The position numbers and the translations under genes were made by a program. Below the pieces are notes generated by a model. The model ran no database searches, had not been told where the DNA came from, and saw only the letters and a program-made list of their open reading frames with translations. From an uncultured Erysipelotrichaceae bacterium (GTDB taxonomy: Bacteria > Bacillota_I > Bacilli_A > Erysipelotrichales > Erysipelotrichaceae), in assembly GCA_942492995.1 (NCBI GenBank), contig OW818653.1, forward strand, positions 1,470,001 through 1,502,000: DNA of 32,000 nucleotides, in the 5' to 3' direction. Below are positions 1 to 9,090 of this stretch, one piece after another (the stretch's first letter is position 1; every line of letters begins with the position of its first letter).

Positions 1-1128
1 TGCACTCGGCATTAATAAGATATCAGAACCAGCATAAATTCGATGAGCTAATGCTTCATGATATCCGCAATAGAACACAGCACGACGAGGATATCTAAAC
101 TCAATCGCTTTAAGTTCGCTTTCAATATGCGTATCACCAGTGCCTAATACTACAAGTTGGATTTCCCAACCCATAATATCCCCTAATGCTTGGAGTAATA
201 AATTAACTCCTTTTTGATCAGTTAATCGTGACACCATCGCTACTAACATAACATCCGGATCTTCACGCAAACCTAACTCTTTTTGAATCGCTAGTTTATT
301 TGCCTTTTTACCTTTTGTTACTGTCTTAAGATCATAATTAGAACTTAAATATTTATCTGTATTAGGATCCCATGATTCGACATCAATTCCATTCACAATT
401 CCATATAAATCATCACGTCTTAGTGATAAAACATACTCCATTTTTTCGCCAAATTCTGGCGTTAATATTTCTTGTGCGTATGTCTTAGAAACGGTCGTTA
501 CGATATCAGAATATAAGATACCAGCTTTCATAAAGCTAATACCATCTTTGAAACGTAAATTTCCATCATGATAATACGACATCGGTAACCCAACACAACT
601 ATCCAAAATAGATGCAGGGAAATTTCCTTGGAATAATAAATTATGAATCGTAAAGATTGTTAGAGGTGTTTTAATCCGTTTTGTATAAACTGTTTTAGCT
701 AATAACGAGATTAATCCAGCATGCCAATCATGACTATGAATAACATCTGGCACTACAATCTTCTCTTCAATCATTCGAAGTACTGCATGTTGGAAAAACG
801 CAAAACGCTCTCCATCATCTCCATATCCGTAATAACCATCACGTTCAAAATATGGCGCATGTTCTACGAGATAATAGGTAATTCCATCCTCATCCTTTGA
901 ATAGATGGTCGCAATGGTTCGAATGATACCTACTTCAACTTTAAATGTTTTTTCTTTATTAAGTGTATGATGAATTGATTTCGCTGTCTTTAAATACAAA
1001 GGCATGACAACAGAAACTTCAAACCCTTCATCCTTTAAAGCTTTTGGAAGTGAACCGATAACATCAGCCAATCCTCCAGTTTTAACAAATGGCAATCCTT
1101 CTGATGCGACAAACAGAATTTTTTTCAT
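1..1128 (-). CDS. glgA: Glycogen synthase GlgA (GT5), N-terminal ~376 aa; the C-terminus runs off the left edge of the window
   Basis: Absent from the ORF track because it is truncated. My reverse-strand translation from the ATG at 1128..1126 reads MKKILFVASEGLPFVKTGGLADVIGSLPKALKDEGF..., which contains the K-T-G-G-L signature of bacterial glycogen synthases. An AGGGTG SD-like element lies upstream. The gene directly follows glgC-glgD. Confidence 0.9.
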   Translation of the reverse strand, partial: MKKILFVASEGLPFVKTGGLADVIGSLPKALKDEGFEVSVVMPLYLKTAKSIHHTLNKEKTFKVEVGIIRTIATIYSKDEDGITYYLVEHAPYFERDGYYGYGDDGERFAFFQHAVLRMIEEKIVVPDVIHSHDWHAGLISLLAKTVYTKRIKTPLTIFTIHNLLFQGNFPASILDSCVGLPMSYYHDGNLRFKDGISFMKAGILYSDIVTTVSKTYAQEILTPEFGEKMEYVLSLRRDDLYGIVNGIDVESWDPNTDKYLSSNYDLKTVTKGKKANKLAIQKELGLREDPDVMLVAMVSRLTDQKGVNLLLQALGDIMGWEIQLVVLGTGDTHIESELKAIEFRYPRRAVFYCGYHEALAHRIYAGSDILLMPSA

Positions 1129-1133
1129 ATTAA

Positions 1134-2249
1134 TTACACCCTATCTTGTCGTTTAACATAGAGAATCTTAGATTCATCTGAGACAAGTTCTTTCACTTTG
1201 GACACAACAGCTGATTTATCAACCACCACATTCTTCAAATGAACATTCTCTCCAATCACAGACCCTTCTAATATAATCGAATTCTCAACTAAAGCACCTT
1301 TCTTAATCACAACACCACGACCGATAACTGAATGAACTACCGTTCCTTCAATGTAACAACCATTCGCCACGATCGAACAATTAACTTTAGCACTAGGTGT
1401 ATATTGTGCAGGACATGAATCACTTGTACGTGTATGAATCGGCCAATCTTCACAGAACAATTCTTTCGCGACATCGTAATCTGTTAATTCAAGATTTACT
1501 CTAAAGTATTCTTTTAATGAATTGATACAAGCGACATACCCTTTGATCTGATATCCCATCATATTTAAGAGTGGAGCTTGTTCCTGTAATACATCACGTA
1601 ATGTATATAAAGAAGATAGATTATCCGCTAAGTGAATTAGATGAATAAACAACTCTCGACTCATCATATATGCTGCTAAAGAGATATGACGATTCTTATA
1701 TTTACCACGATTCTTTTCAATTTCTAATACATGTTTCTTATCATCTAATTTTAATGTATCAACACCCATAAACGATTCATGCGCATTATTAACTGTTTTA
1801 TACAACACAGTCACATCCGCCTTAGTCTCTAAATGTTGTTTATAGACTTCATTAAAATCAACCGTATAAATCATATGACTCGGTACAATCATCACATACT
1901 CTTGAGTCGCATCTTCAATAAAACGCATATTTTGAATAAACGCAGTCACATCATGGTTATACGCCTCAGATTGAATTGAATCTTCACCCGTTAAAATACG
2001 TAATTTACCATGTTTAGAATTAATATTATACTGACGTCCACTGCCAAGATGTTCGATAATTGAACGTGGTTTGTGTTTAACATAAACTTGAATACGTTTA
2101 ATTCCTGAATTTGTCATATTTGATAAGGCAAAGTCAATTAAACGGTAACGAGCTAAGAAAGAAAGAGAAGGAACAGGACGATAACTATCTAACCCTGCGA
2201 CACTAACAGACGCATCATCATAATTGACTATTCCAAGTACGTTTATCAT
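1134..2249 (-). CDS. glgD: Glucose-1-phosphate adenylyltransferase regulatory subunit GlgD
   Basis: The 371-aa product is a nucleotidyltransferase-fold paralogue of GlgC (..YRPVPSLSFLARYRLIDFALSNMTNSGI..) that lacks the GGxGxRL loop. It has a C-terminal left-handed beta-helix-type repeat region. Its position between glgC and glgA matches Bacillus-type glg operons. A GGGGGT SD precedes the start. Confidence 0.9.
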   Translation of the reverse strand: MINVLGIVNYDDASVSVAGLDSYRPVPSLSFLARYRLIDFALSNMTNSGIKRIQVYVKHKPRSIIEHLGSGRQYNINSKHGKLRILTGEDSIQSEAYNHDVTAFIQNMRFIEDATQEYVMIVPSHMIYTVDFNEVYKQHLETKADVTVLYKTVNNAHESFMGVDTLKLDDKKHVLEIEKNRGKYKNRHISLAAYMMSRELFIHLIHLADNLSSLYTLRDVLQEQAPLLNMMGYQIKGYVACINSLKEYFRVNLELTDYDVAKELFCEDWPIHTRTSDSCPAQYTPSAKVNCSIVANGCYIEGTVVHSVIGRGVVIKKGALVENSIILEGSVIGENVHLKNVVVDKSAVVSKVKELVSDESKILYVKRQDRV

Positions 2250-2260
2250 TGTTTTACCCC

Positions 2261-3382
2261 CTAAACATTCTGTGAAATCAATTCGATTTCACCACTTTCT
2301 TGTCCAACTTTAGATCCTTCTTCTATCACAATATCATCTGCCACAATAACTCTTTGAACAGACGCATTACTCTTAACATGCGAGAACGGCATAAGAACAC
2401 TGTCCTTAACCACAGCTCCCTTATCAACACGAACACCTGTAAATAGAACAGAATTAATGATTGTCCCATCCACAACACATCCTTGATTAATATACGCATT
2501 TTCTATCGACGCATTAGGACCCATAAACTGAGGTGGTACTGTAATATCTTCAGTATAAATCTTCCAATCTGGATCCGCTAAGTTCAATTCATCACGATGA
2601 TAAATCAAATCCATATTCGCTTCCCATAGACTATCAATTGTACCAACATCCTTCCAATATCCTTTAAATTGATGCGTAAACAAACGTTTACCTGTATTTA
2701 AGAATCCTGGAATAATATCTTTCCCAAAATCATGATTCGAATCTTCAATAGCCAAATCATCAATTAATGCTTGTTTAAGTAATGGCCAACTGAAAATATA
2801 GATACCCATAGATGCTAAATTAGATTTAGGTTGTTTAGGTTTTTCTTCAAATTCATAAATACGACCATCTTCATGAGCATTCATAATCCCAAAACGTGAA
2901 GCTTCTTTTAGAGGCACTTCAAGTACTGCGATTGTTACATCCGCTTTATTCTTCTTATGATCATTTAACATCGCATCATAATCCATTTTGTAGATATGAT
3001 CCCCTGAAAGAATTAAGACATAATCAGGTTCATATTGATCCACAAAATCAATGTTCTGAGTAATCGCATCTGCAGTCCCACGATATAAGCCAAAACCTTC
3101 ACTCTTCTCACGTGGAGGAAGAACATAAATTCCACTGTCTTTCGCATCCAATCCCCATCGTTGATCTTGTGCAACATATGAGTTTAATAAAACTGATTCA
3201 TATTGTGTTAAAACACCTATAACTTGTATATTTGAGTTAGCACAATTACTTAGGGGAAAATCAATAATGCGGTATTTCCCCCCGAAATAAACCGCTGGTT
3301 TTGCGACTTTATTAGTCAAGTCTAAAAGACGTGATCCACGTCCACCTGCCAATATCATCGCGATCATATTATGTTTTCGCAT
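2261..3382 (-). CDS. glgC: Glucose-1-phosphate adenylyltransferase GlgC
   Basis: The N-terminus reads [41 protein letters not shown], carrying the GGxGxRL and PAV..GG.YR.IDF motifs. An AGGAGG SD lies 6-7 nt before the ATG. Confidence 0.95.
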   Translation of the reverse strand: MRKHNMIAMILAGGRGSRLLDLTNKVAKPAVYFGGKYRIIDFPLSNCANSNIQVIGVLTQYESVLLNSYVAQDQRWGLDAKDSGIYVLPPREKSEGFGLYRGTADAITQNIDFVDQYEPDYVLILSGDHIYKMDYDAMLNDHKKNKADVTIAVLEVPLKEASRFGIMNAHEDGRIYEFEEKPKQPKSNLASMGIYIFSWPLLKQALIDDLAIEDSNHDFGKDIIPGFLNTGKRLFTHQFKGYWKDVGTIDSLWEANMDLIYHRDELNLADPDWKIYTEDITVPPQFMGPNASIENAYINQGCVVDGTIINSVLFTGVRVDKGAVVKDSVLMPFSHVKSNASVQRVIVADDIVIEEGSKVGQESGEIELISQNV

Positions 3383-3410
3383 GAATATCCTCCTACCGAA
3401 GTTTGATTTA

Positions 3411-3416
3411 ATTATA
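3411..3416 (-). promoter_or_regulatory. Candidate -10 box (TATAAT) of the glgCDA promoter
   Basis: The reverse strand reads ..aaaaaggTATAATtaaatcaaacttcggtAGGAGGatattcATG. I could not place a convincing -35 at 17 nt. Confidence 0.3.
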
Positions 3417-3520
3417 CCTTTTTTTACTTCTTTAAACTACTTCAAACCAACAATCTTGGCGTAACTTTTAAAGAGATTTGTTGCCAAATATCGTATTGAT
3501 TTAAAACTTTTGAAATTACA

Positions 3521-3548
3521 TTAAAAAAACAACGTTTTACCGTTGTTC
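3521..3548 (-). terminator. Rho-independent terminator ending the SBP-like/MFS/ung/folC/folT-like operon
   Basis: The reverse strand reads AACAACG-gtaaaa-CGTTGTT followed by TTTTT, a 7-bp stem with a 6-nt loop. It lies just downstream of the 33-aa ORF stop. Confidence 0.55.
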
Positions 3549-3560
3549 GAATCATAACGA

Positions 3561-3662
3561 TTAACCAAGAAATCCTATCAATTCTTGTATAACCAAGTAA
3601 AACAATATAAACGCAAATAATATTATTGTCCCAATGGCACGTCCGAACCAGAATCGTTTCAT
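3561..3662 (-). CDS. Candidate 33-aa hydrophobic small protein (MKRFWFGRAIGTIILFAFILFYLVIQELIGFLG)
   Basis: Too short for the ORF track; found by manual translation. It has one predicted TM helix with a positively charged N-terminus. It lies between the FolT-like gene and the operon terminator. Upstream there is only a weak purine-rich stretch (agaaatagagaaattt). Confidence 0.3.
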   Translation of the reverse strand: MKRFWFGRAIGTIILFAFILFYLVIQELIGFLG

Positions 3663-3692
3663 AAATTTCTCTATTTCTTTCTTTAATTAAAT

Positions 3693-4505
3693 CTATGAAT
3701 TCTTTGCGATAGGATAATAGTGTGTAAAGATACGTAATACAAAATGTCCAATAACTGTATTTACCAGAATCATTGCGACTGCTTTAATAAGTCTAACTGA
3801 TACACTAATCACAAATGGAATATCATACATTATATCTAACCAAAGTGGCGTTAAAGTTAGCTGTACAATCATTTCGATTAAGATAACTCCAATTACCCAA
3901 TTTAATAGATAAGCTTGGTCATTCTTACGATTCACATATCTTAATCCTAGAATTAATGTACTGACTAACAATAATATAAATGCGGATATTACTAATTTCA
4001 TCGTAAGATCTACCGTAATATTACCATCTGGTAATGAGATACTTTGGGTGGAGAATACATAGATTAGCGCCGAGAACGCAATTATGCTTATCAATATATT
4101 AGGCAATTGTTTCGTAAAATTATTCTTCGTCTTAACAAGTCGATACGTTAATCCAGGAATTACCCCGATTAATATTTTATTCAACGTAAACCCAAAGAAT
4201 GGGAAAGCGATTGTACCAGTTAATAACTCAAGGATGTCTTCTACAAGTCCTGCGATAAATCCCCATGATGGTCCAAAGATAAATCCGATTAACATTAATG
4301 GAAGTTGCGAGAACCCAATTTTAAGTGATGGGAACCCAAATAATGGTACTAACCATGAGATGAGTGATAGTACTAAGCTTAATGCGACAAATAAACTGAC
4401 AATAATAAGAGTCTTAACTTTTATTACTGGTTTATCGATTTTAAATGTAAATATGCCAAGCAGAACAATGACTGATACGGTCAGAATTTGTGATAGTAAT
4501 ACCAT
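3693..4505 (-). CDS. ECF-transporter S component, folate-family (FolT)-like, unusually long (270 aa)
   Basis: A polytopic membrane protein. The segment KIGFSQLPLMLIGFIFGPSWGFIAGLVEDILELLTG..FPFFGFTLNKILIGVIPG matches the FolT-type core pattern (F..LP..L.G..FGP..G...G...D......FFPGFTL). It starts 2 nt after the folC stop. Confidence 0.6.
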   Translation of the reverse strand: MVLLSQILTVSVIVLLGIFTFKIDKPVIKVKTLIIVSLFVALSLVLSLISWLVPLFGFPSLKIGFSQLPLMLIGFIFGPSWGFIAGLVEDILELLTGTIAFPFFGFTLNKILIGVIPGLTYRLVKTKNNFTKQLPNILISIIAFSALIYVFSTQSISLPDGNITVDLTMKLVISAFILLLVSTLILGLRYVNRKNDQAYLLNWVIGVILIEMIVQLTLTPLWLDIMYDIPFVISVSVRLIKAVAMILVNTVIGHFVLRIFTHYYPIAKNS

Positions 4506-4507
4506 TT

Positions 4508-5758
4508 CTACCTCCCTAATAGTTTAGGCAATAATACTTGTCTAACTTCACTAATAAAATATAAAGAACCCGTGATTAAACATGTTCCATTCACTGATTT
4601 ACTGAGTGCATATTGTATCGCATCATATGGATTACGAATTGATGTGACTTGGTTATTCTCCGCAAGTAATTCAAGGGACGCAGCTCGATAGAACTCAAAC
4701 TCTGTCACAATCACTTCATCTGCACAATCAACTAATGTATGAATCATCTTCTGTGTCTCTTTGTCTTTTAAAGCTGAGAACACAATTACCAGTGGTCTTT
4801 TACAATTCTTACAACTTTCCACTAACGCATCAATCCCATTTGTATTATGTGCACCATCTATGATAATAAAAGGATGCGTCGATATCGTCTCAAAACGACC
4901 TTTCCATAAGGTATTAACCAATCCATCTTGTATCATTTGATCAGTAATTCTAAACCCACATTCTCTTAAATAAAATGCGGCTTCGATTGCCAACGATGAA
5001 TTCTTAATTTGGTATTGCGCTAATGTGTTTAAACGTATATTTAAATCTCGATAATTGAAATAAATAAAAGTATCCACAATAATTTCATACGCTTGATGAA
5101 TACGTATTAAGTCTGAATGTTTTTCTTCACATACGGATTTAAACACAAACAAACAATTCTCTTTATCCTCTGCAGTAATCAATGGAACTGATTCCTTTAT
5201 AATGCCTGCTTTTTCTAAGCTTATTTCTTCTAAGCTATATCCAAGTAAATCCATATGATCATAACCAATACTCGTTATGAGTGAAACTAATGGAAGAATA
5301 ACATTCGTCGCATCTAATCGTCCACCGAGACCTACTTCAAATAGCGCAATATCTACATTCTTTTCAATAAAGTAATAGATCGCAATAAGTGTATCAATCT
5401 CAAACATAGACAATTGATTTTCTTCGATTATTTCATGGAATTGATTGCCATAACGCAATAAATCTTCATCACTAATAAATACATTATTCACACGAATGCG
5501 ATCATTATGTACTTCTAAATGTGGAGAAGTAAATGTCCCTACTGTATAGCCTGCAGTTTGAAGAATACTTCTTAGATAATCGGTTGTACTCCCTTTACCA
5601 TTGGTTCCCGCAATATGTACTGTTTTGAGTTTATATTGAGGATTACCTAATTTCTCAAGTAATGCCTTAAAATGATCTAAACTAAATCGACCTTTATTCA
5701 TTCTATTCGTCGTATATTCAATAAATTCATGTGTCGATTTGAACATTATAGGCACCAA
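4508..5758 (-). CDS. folC: Folylpolyglutamate synthase / dihydrofolate synthase FolC
   Basis: Mur-ligase-type P-loop HIAGTNGKGST, plus ..GLGGRLDATN.. and DGAHN motifs. The 416-aa length is typical. Confidence 0.9.
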   Translation of the reverse strand: MVPIMFKSTHEFIEYTTNRMNKGRFSLDHFKALLEKLGNPQYKLKTVHIAGTNGKGSTTDYLRSILQTAGYTVGTFTSPHLEVHNDRIRVNNVFISDEDLLRYGNQFHEIIEENQLSMFEIDTLIAIYYFIEKNVDIALFEVGLGGRLDATNVILPLVSLITSIGYDHMDLLGYSLEEISLEKAGIIKESVPLITAEDKENCLFVFKSVCEEKHSDLIRIHQAYEIIVDTFIYFNYRDLNIRLNTLAQYQIKNSSLAIEAAFYLRECGFRITDQMIQDGLVNTLWKGRFETISTHPFIIIDGAHNTNGIDALVESCKNCKRPLVIVFSALKDKETQKMIHTLVDCADEVIVTEFEFYRAASLELLAENNQVTSIRNPYDAIQYALSKSVNGTCLITGSLYFISEVRQVLLPKLLGR

Positions 5759-6399
5759 TTAATCGGACTTCGTCCGTTTTTCATTAAGAAATCATTTGTC
5801 TTCGTGAACGGTTTAGAACCAAAGAATCCATTGTATGCCGATAACGGTGATGGATGTACTGATTTTAACACAAGATGATTTGGATTGTGTATAAATTTTT
5901 CTTTAGATTGGGCTTGTTTACCCCACAAAATAAATACAACTGGTTTATCAGATTTATCACATTCTATTAATACATGATCGCAAAATGTTTCCCAACCTTT
6001 ATTCTGATGGGACAATGGCTTACTATCCTCAACAGTTAAGATACTATTTAGAAGTAACACTCCCTGTTTTGCCCATGGGATTAAACAACCTGTATCCGGT
6101 AGTGTACAACCGATATCATCACACAGTTCTTTATAGATATTTTTTAAGCTAGGTGGAATCGCAATCCCGGGATTAACAGAGAAACATAATCCATGCGCTT
6201 GATGAGGTTGATGGTACGGATCTTGACCGATAATGACTACTTTTAAATCCTCATACTTCGCATACGCAAATGCGTTAAAAACATCATCTCGTTTAGGATA
6301 TATCGTACGCGTTGAATAGGCTTCCTTTAGAAAATCAGAAAGTTGAATAAAGTAATCTTCTTTAAATTCTCTTTTTAAGAAGTCTTCCCAGTGCATCAT
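5746..6399 (-). CDS. ung: Uracil-DNA glycosylase (family 1)
   Basis: Carries the catalytic water-activating loop GQDPYH, the LLLN motif and the HPSPLSA leucine-loop region. The product is 217 aa. Confidence 0.95.
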   Translation of the reverse strand: MMHWEDFLKREFKEDYFIQLSDFLKEAYSTRTIYPKRDDVFNAFAYAKYEDLKVVIIGQDPYHQPHQAHGLCFSVNPGIAIPPSLKNIYKELCDDIGCTLPDTGCLIPWAKQGVLLLNSILTVEDSKPLSHQNKGWETFCDHVLIECDKSDKPVVFILWGKQAQSKEKFIHNPNHLVLKSVHPSPLSAYNGFFGSKPFTKTNDFLMKNGRSPINWCL

Positions 6400-7604
6400 T
6401 AAGCCCTTTTAATAAGATCTCTTTGTTTATGATACTTATGTGCATATGCGACAAGAATTAGTGCAAAACTTGAACAGAATGTAACAGCCACAATCAATGA
6501 ATATGGTTCAGGTAAAAATGTCGCAAAGAATAGTATGCTTGCCATCCCTAGTAATCTGCCTCCATTTAACATGAATTCTTTAGAGATAATACGTCCAAAC
6601 ACATTCTCTTCTTCGACATAATCTTGTAATGCGTTCATCATAATTATATTAAATGTATTTGCGACAAATGGACTACCCACCGCATTAACAAGTCCAAAAT
6701 AGATCGCCCCAATCATATTCGGCATTAAGACTAAAACCATCGTACTTGTAAATAACAAGAATGCCCCATATGTATACATCATTAAGCGATTATCACGACG
6801 AATCATCTTACGTGCCGCAAAGTTAGCGATAAGATTTAATACCGCAAACCCTGTTAATAAATCTCCATATAAACTACCTTTACCACCTGTCGCATTGTAG
6901 ATAAGAATACTGGTTAAAACAATAAGTAAACTATCTCTAATACCAAACAAGAAATGACTATACATGACATAACGCCATTGTGAATCCTTCTTTAAATTGA
7001 ATTTATCTAATAGAGTATATGGTTTTGCGACATATACATTCTTAACACTACGCGATACGAGTGCCGCAATGATTTGTAATACAATTACAACCTGGAAGAT
7101 ACGTATGTACCCAATAGAATCCGTATCTGAAAAACGTACTATCATCGTCGCAACAAACGGTGCCACAACTGTAGATGCGGAGTTGAAGATTGCCATAACC
7201 GATATGAATTGTGCACGTGTTTCTTTTGAAGATGATTGTAAGTTCAAACTAATAATTGAGAACCAGTACAATCCTTCACCTGTTCCTAATACTAATCCAA
7301 CAAGGAAGATTAAATAATAGTTATCTTTAAATAAATGATTGAATCCTAATAAGAACGCAAATGCACTTATGATAATTAATAATCCTAATGATAATATTGT
7401 CGATAATGATAATTTACGACTGATTAATCCACCAATAAAGAATCCTAATGGAATCATCGTAAAACGCACCATCGCATACATCGTCATTGAATTGATTGAA
7501 CCAGTAAACGCATATAAATATACATTAACAAAAACAGCGGACATAGTAGCCGCTATAAAATAAGTCGCATTGATTATTACTAATAGTTTTTCATTTTTAC
7601 TCAT
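6399..7604 (-). CDS. MFS-type transporter (about 12 TM), substrate unknown
   Basis: The 401-aa product is hydrophobic throughout, with two six-helix halves separated by a charged loop (..KPYTLLDKFNLKKDSQWRY..). Its start overlaps the upstream gene's stop by 8 nt, and its stop overlaps the ung start by 1 nt. Confidence 0.7.
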   Translation of the reverse strand: MSKNEKLLVIINATYFIAATMSAVFVNVYLYAFTGSINSMTMYAMVRFTMIPLGFFIGGLISRKLSLSTILSLGLLIIISAFAFLLGFNHLFKDNYYLIFLVGLVLGTGEGLYWFSIISLNLQSSSKETRAQFISVMAIFNSASTVVAPFVATMIVRFSDTDSIGYIRIFQVVIVLQIIAALVSRSVKNVYVAKPYTLLDKFNLKKDSQWRYVMYSHFLFGIRDSLLIVLTSILIYNATGGKGSLYGDLLTGFAVLNLIANFAARKMIRRDNRLMMYTYGAFLLFTSTMVLVLMPNMIGAIYFGLVNAVGSPFVANTFNIIMMNALQDYVEEENVFGRIISKEFMLNGGRLLGMASILFFATFLPEPYSLIVAVTFCSSFALILVAYAHKYHKQRDLIKRA

Positions 7605-8934
7605 GATTTATCTTACCCTCAAATAATTTCGTTTTACTTATAATCCATTGATCCGATTTTAACGCTAGCTCAACCTGTGCTTCTTCAACCGTTATTTCTT
7701 TATTCCATAAACGTTGAATCGTTGCCTCTAAATCAATTTCATAGAAAAGTCTAATCGCTAATAGATTTGGATAGTCTTCAACTGCAGAAAGTGGTTCACT
7801 CTCAGACTCAATAAATGCATACGCAAACTGTTTTTGAATCGAATTTGTAAAGTTTAATCCATCTAATGTTTCTTTATCACTCAATAGAATTCGATCATCA
7901 TTATTCACTTTTGCCTGTAATCCCTCAAGTGAATACATTAAACGAATGAGTTCATGTGCAGCACTCGGATACAATGTAGCACTATTTATACTATACCCCA
8001 TTACTTCCGTTAACATCGGATGTAAAGATGAATTACTTGAACTTAATGCCTTAGGGAATGACGAAATAACCCATTCACTCTCATGTTTTAAATCCATTTC
8101 TTCCACAAACATCCATGTCGCAACTTGGCTAAACACAAAACTATCATCAAATAGTACATTTGGAAAATCCCATGTATAGGATACCGCATCATTATTTTCA
8201 GACCCATTCCAATTAACTGTGGACAATGTCTCAATAAACTTTAGTGAATCTACGAATGTTTCATCTTCAAATCCAGGATAATAACTTGAATATTCATCAA
8301 AAATCTTCCATTCATTGGATGTAAGTAATGGATAAATTGTATACGGTTCGCTTAAACTTAAAACTAATTTACGTTTATCCGTTTGCCAATCCCCTTGAGC
8401 ATTGATAATCGATTCATAACTCTCAAATGAATCATGAATATTATTCGTATTGGTATCTGTCCAATTACCGACTAATCGTTCTAATTCTGTTTTATTGGTT
8501 ATAAACGCAAATCCTTCTCCACTAATCGGTAAGAAACGTACACCCTCAAAATTTAGTTCTGAACTAATTGTGCTTATTTTATTTTCAATATTCGTATCTA
8601 AAACAAACAATTCATTGTATTGAATTGCCGCATCGTTTTGACTTAACACCATCACATCTGAACTACCTTCGTTATCTAATACAATATTGATTGGATTCGC
8701 ATTTGGATGGAGTGTACTCCACAATGATTTAATCACTTCTCCATACTCTAACGTATTTACTTCAAGCGTTAATACTGCGTTTTCTTCGATCGAATATTGT
8801 TTAAGTTCTTTATCAAAACATACTGTATCTTGTTTTAAATCGCACTTTCTAAATCCATCATTTGCCGCAAATACAATTAAAAAAGTTGCGAGTAAGAATA
8901 TAATAGAGCTAATAAGAATCACTGGTTTTTTCAT
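7597..8934 (-). CDS. Secreted or membrane-anchored protein with extracellular solute-binding-protein (family 1)-like features
   Basis: The track ORF runs to 8970 but starts at a TTG with no SD. The ATG at 8934 gives MKKPVILISSIIFLLATFLIVFAAN.., a signal/anchor with no lipobox. The C-terminal half has SBP_bac_1-like segments (VMGYSINSATLYPSAAHELIRLM, ITVEEAQVELALK). The fold assignment is by eye only. Confidence 0.6.
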   Translation of the reverse strand: MKKPVILISSIIFLLATFLIVFAANDGFRKCDLKQDTVCFDKELKQYSIEENAVLTLEVNTLEYGEVIKSLWSTLHPNANPINIVLDNEGSSDVMVLSQNDAAIQYNELFVLDTNIENKISTISSELNFEGVRFLPISGEGFAFITNKTELERLVGNWTDTNTNNIHDSFESYESIINAQGDWQTDKRKLVLSLSEPYTIYPLLTSNEWKIFDEYSSYYPGFEDETFVDSLKFIETLSTVNWNGSENNDAVSYTWDFPNVLFDDSFVFSQVATWMFVEEMDLKHESEWVISSFPKALSSSNSSLHPMLTEVMGYSINSATLYPSAAHELIRLMYSLEGLQAKVNNDDRILLSDKETLDGLNFTNSIQKQFAYAFIESESEPLSAVEDYPNLLAIRLFYEIDLEATIQRLWNKEITVEEAQVELALKSDQWIISKTKLFEGKINHE

Positions 8935-8953
8935 CCTTCTAAGTGTACCAAAT

Positions 8954-8961
8954 CCCCCCCC
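8954..8961 (-). repeat. Homopolymeric G8 tract (C8 on the + strand) 20-27 nt upstream of the ATG of the SBP-like gene
   Basis: Counted directly: ...aatCCCCCCCCtaaact. It is the only GC homopolymer of this length that I saw in the window. Confidence 0.9.
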
Positions 8962-9056
8962 TAAACTCAAACAATATCGAAACTTTATTTATGCTTATTT
9001 TAATGCTATAAAATCATTCCATATTAATTAAATATCCCTCATAACTCTTCAATTCT

Positions 9057-9065
9057 TGTTATAAT
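9057..9065 (+). promoter_or_regulatory. Extended -10 promoter (TGtTATAAT) for the GNAT gene
   Basis: The sequence cttGtTATAATg spans 9057..9065. The predicted TSS near 9072 lies downstream of the track's ATG at 9064 and upstream of the GGAGG-preceded ATG at 9091. Confidence 0.5.
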
Positions 9066-9090
9066 GATTCAAATCAAGCTGGAGGAATCT

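Noticed and set aside
4084-4527. 147-aa plus-strand ORF from the six-frame track
   Set aside because: It is entirely antisense to the FolT-like membrane gene. The product is low-complexity (N/P/I-rich), which is typical of the mirror frame of a hydrophobic gene. It has no SD or promoter.
6997-9031. Four plus-strand ORFs (6997..7317, 7339..7563, 7946..8179, 8687..9031)
   Set aside because: All are antisense shadows of the MFS and SBP-like genes. They have no SD and their composition mirrors the sense genes.
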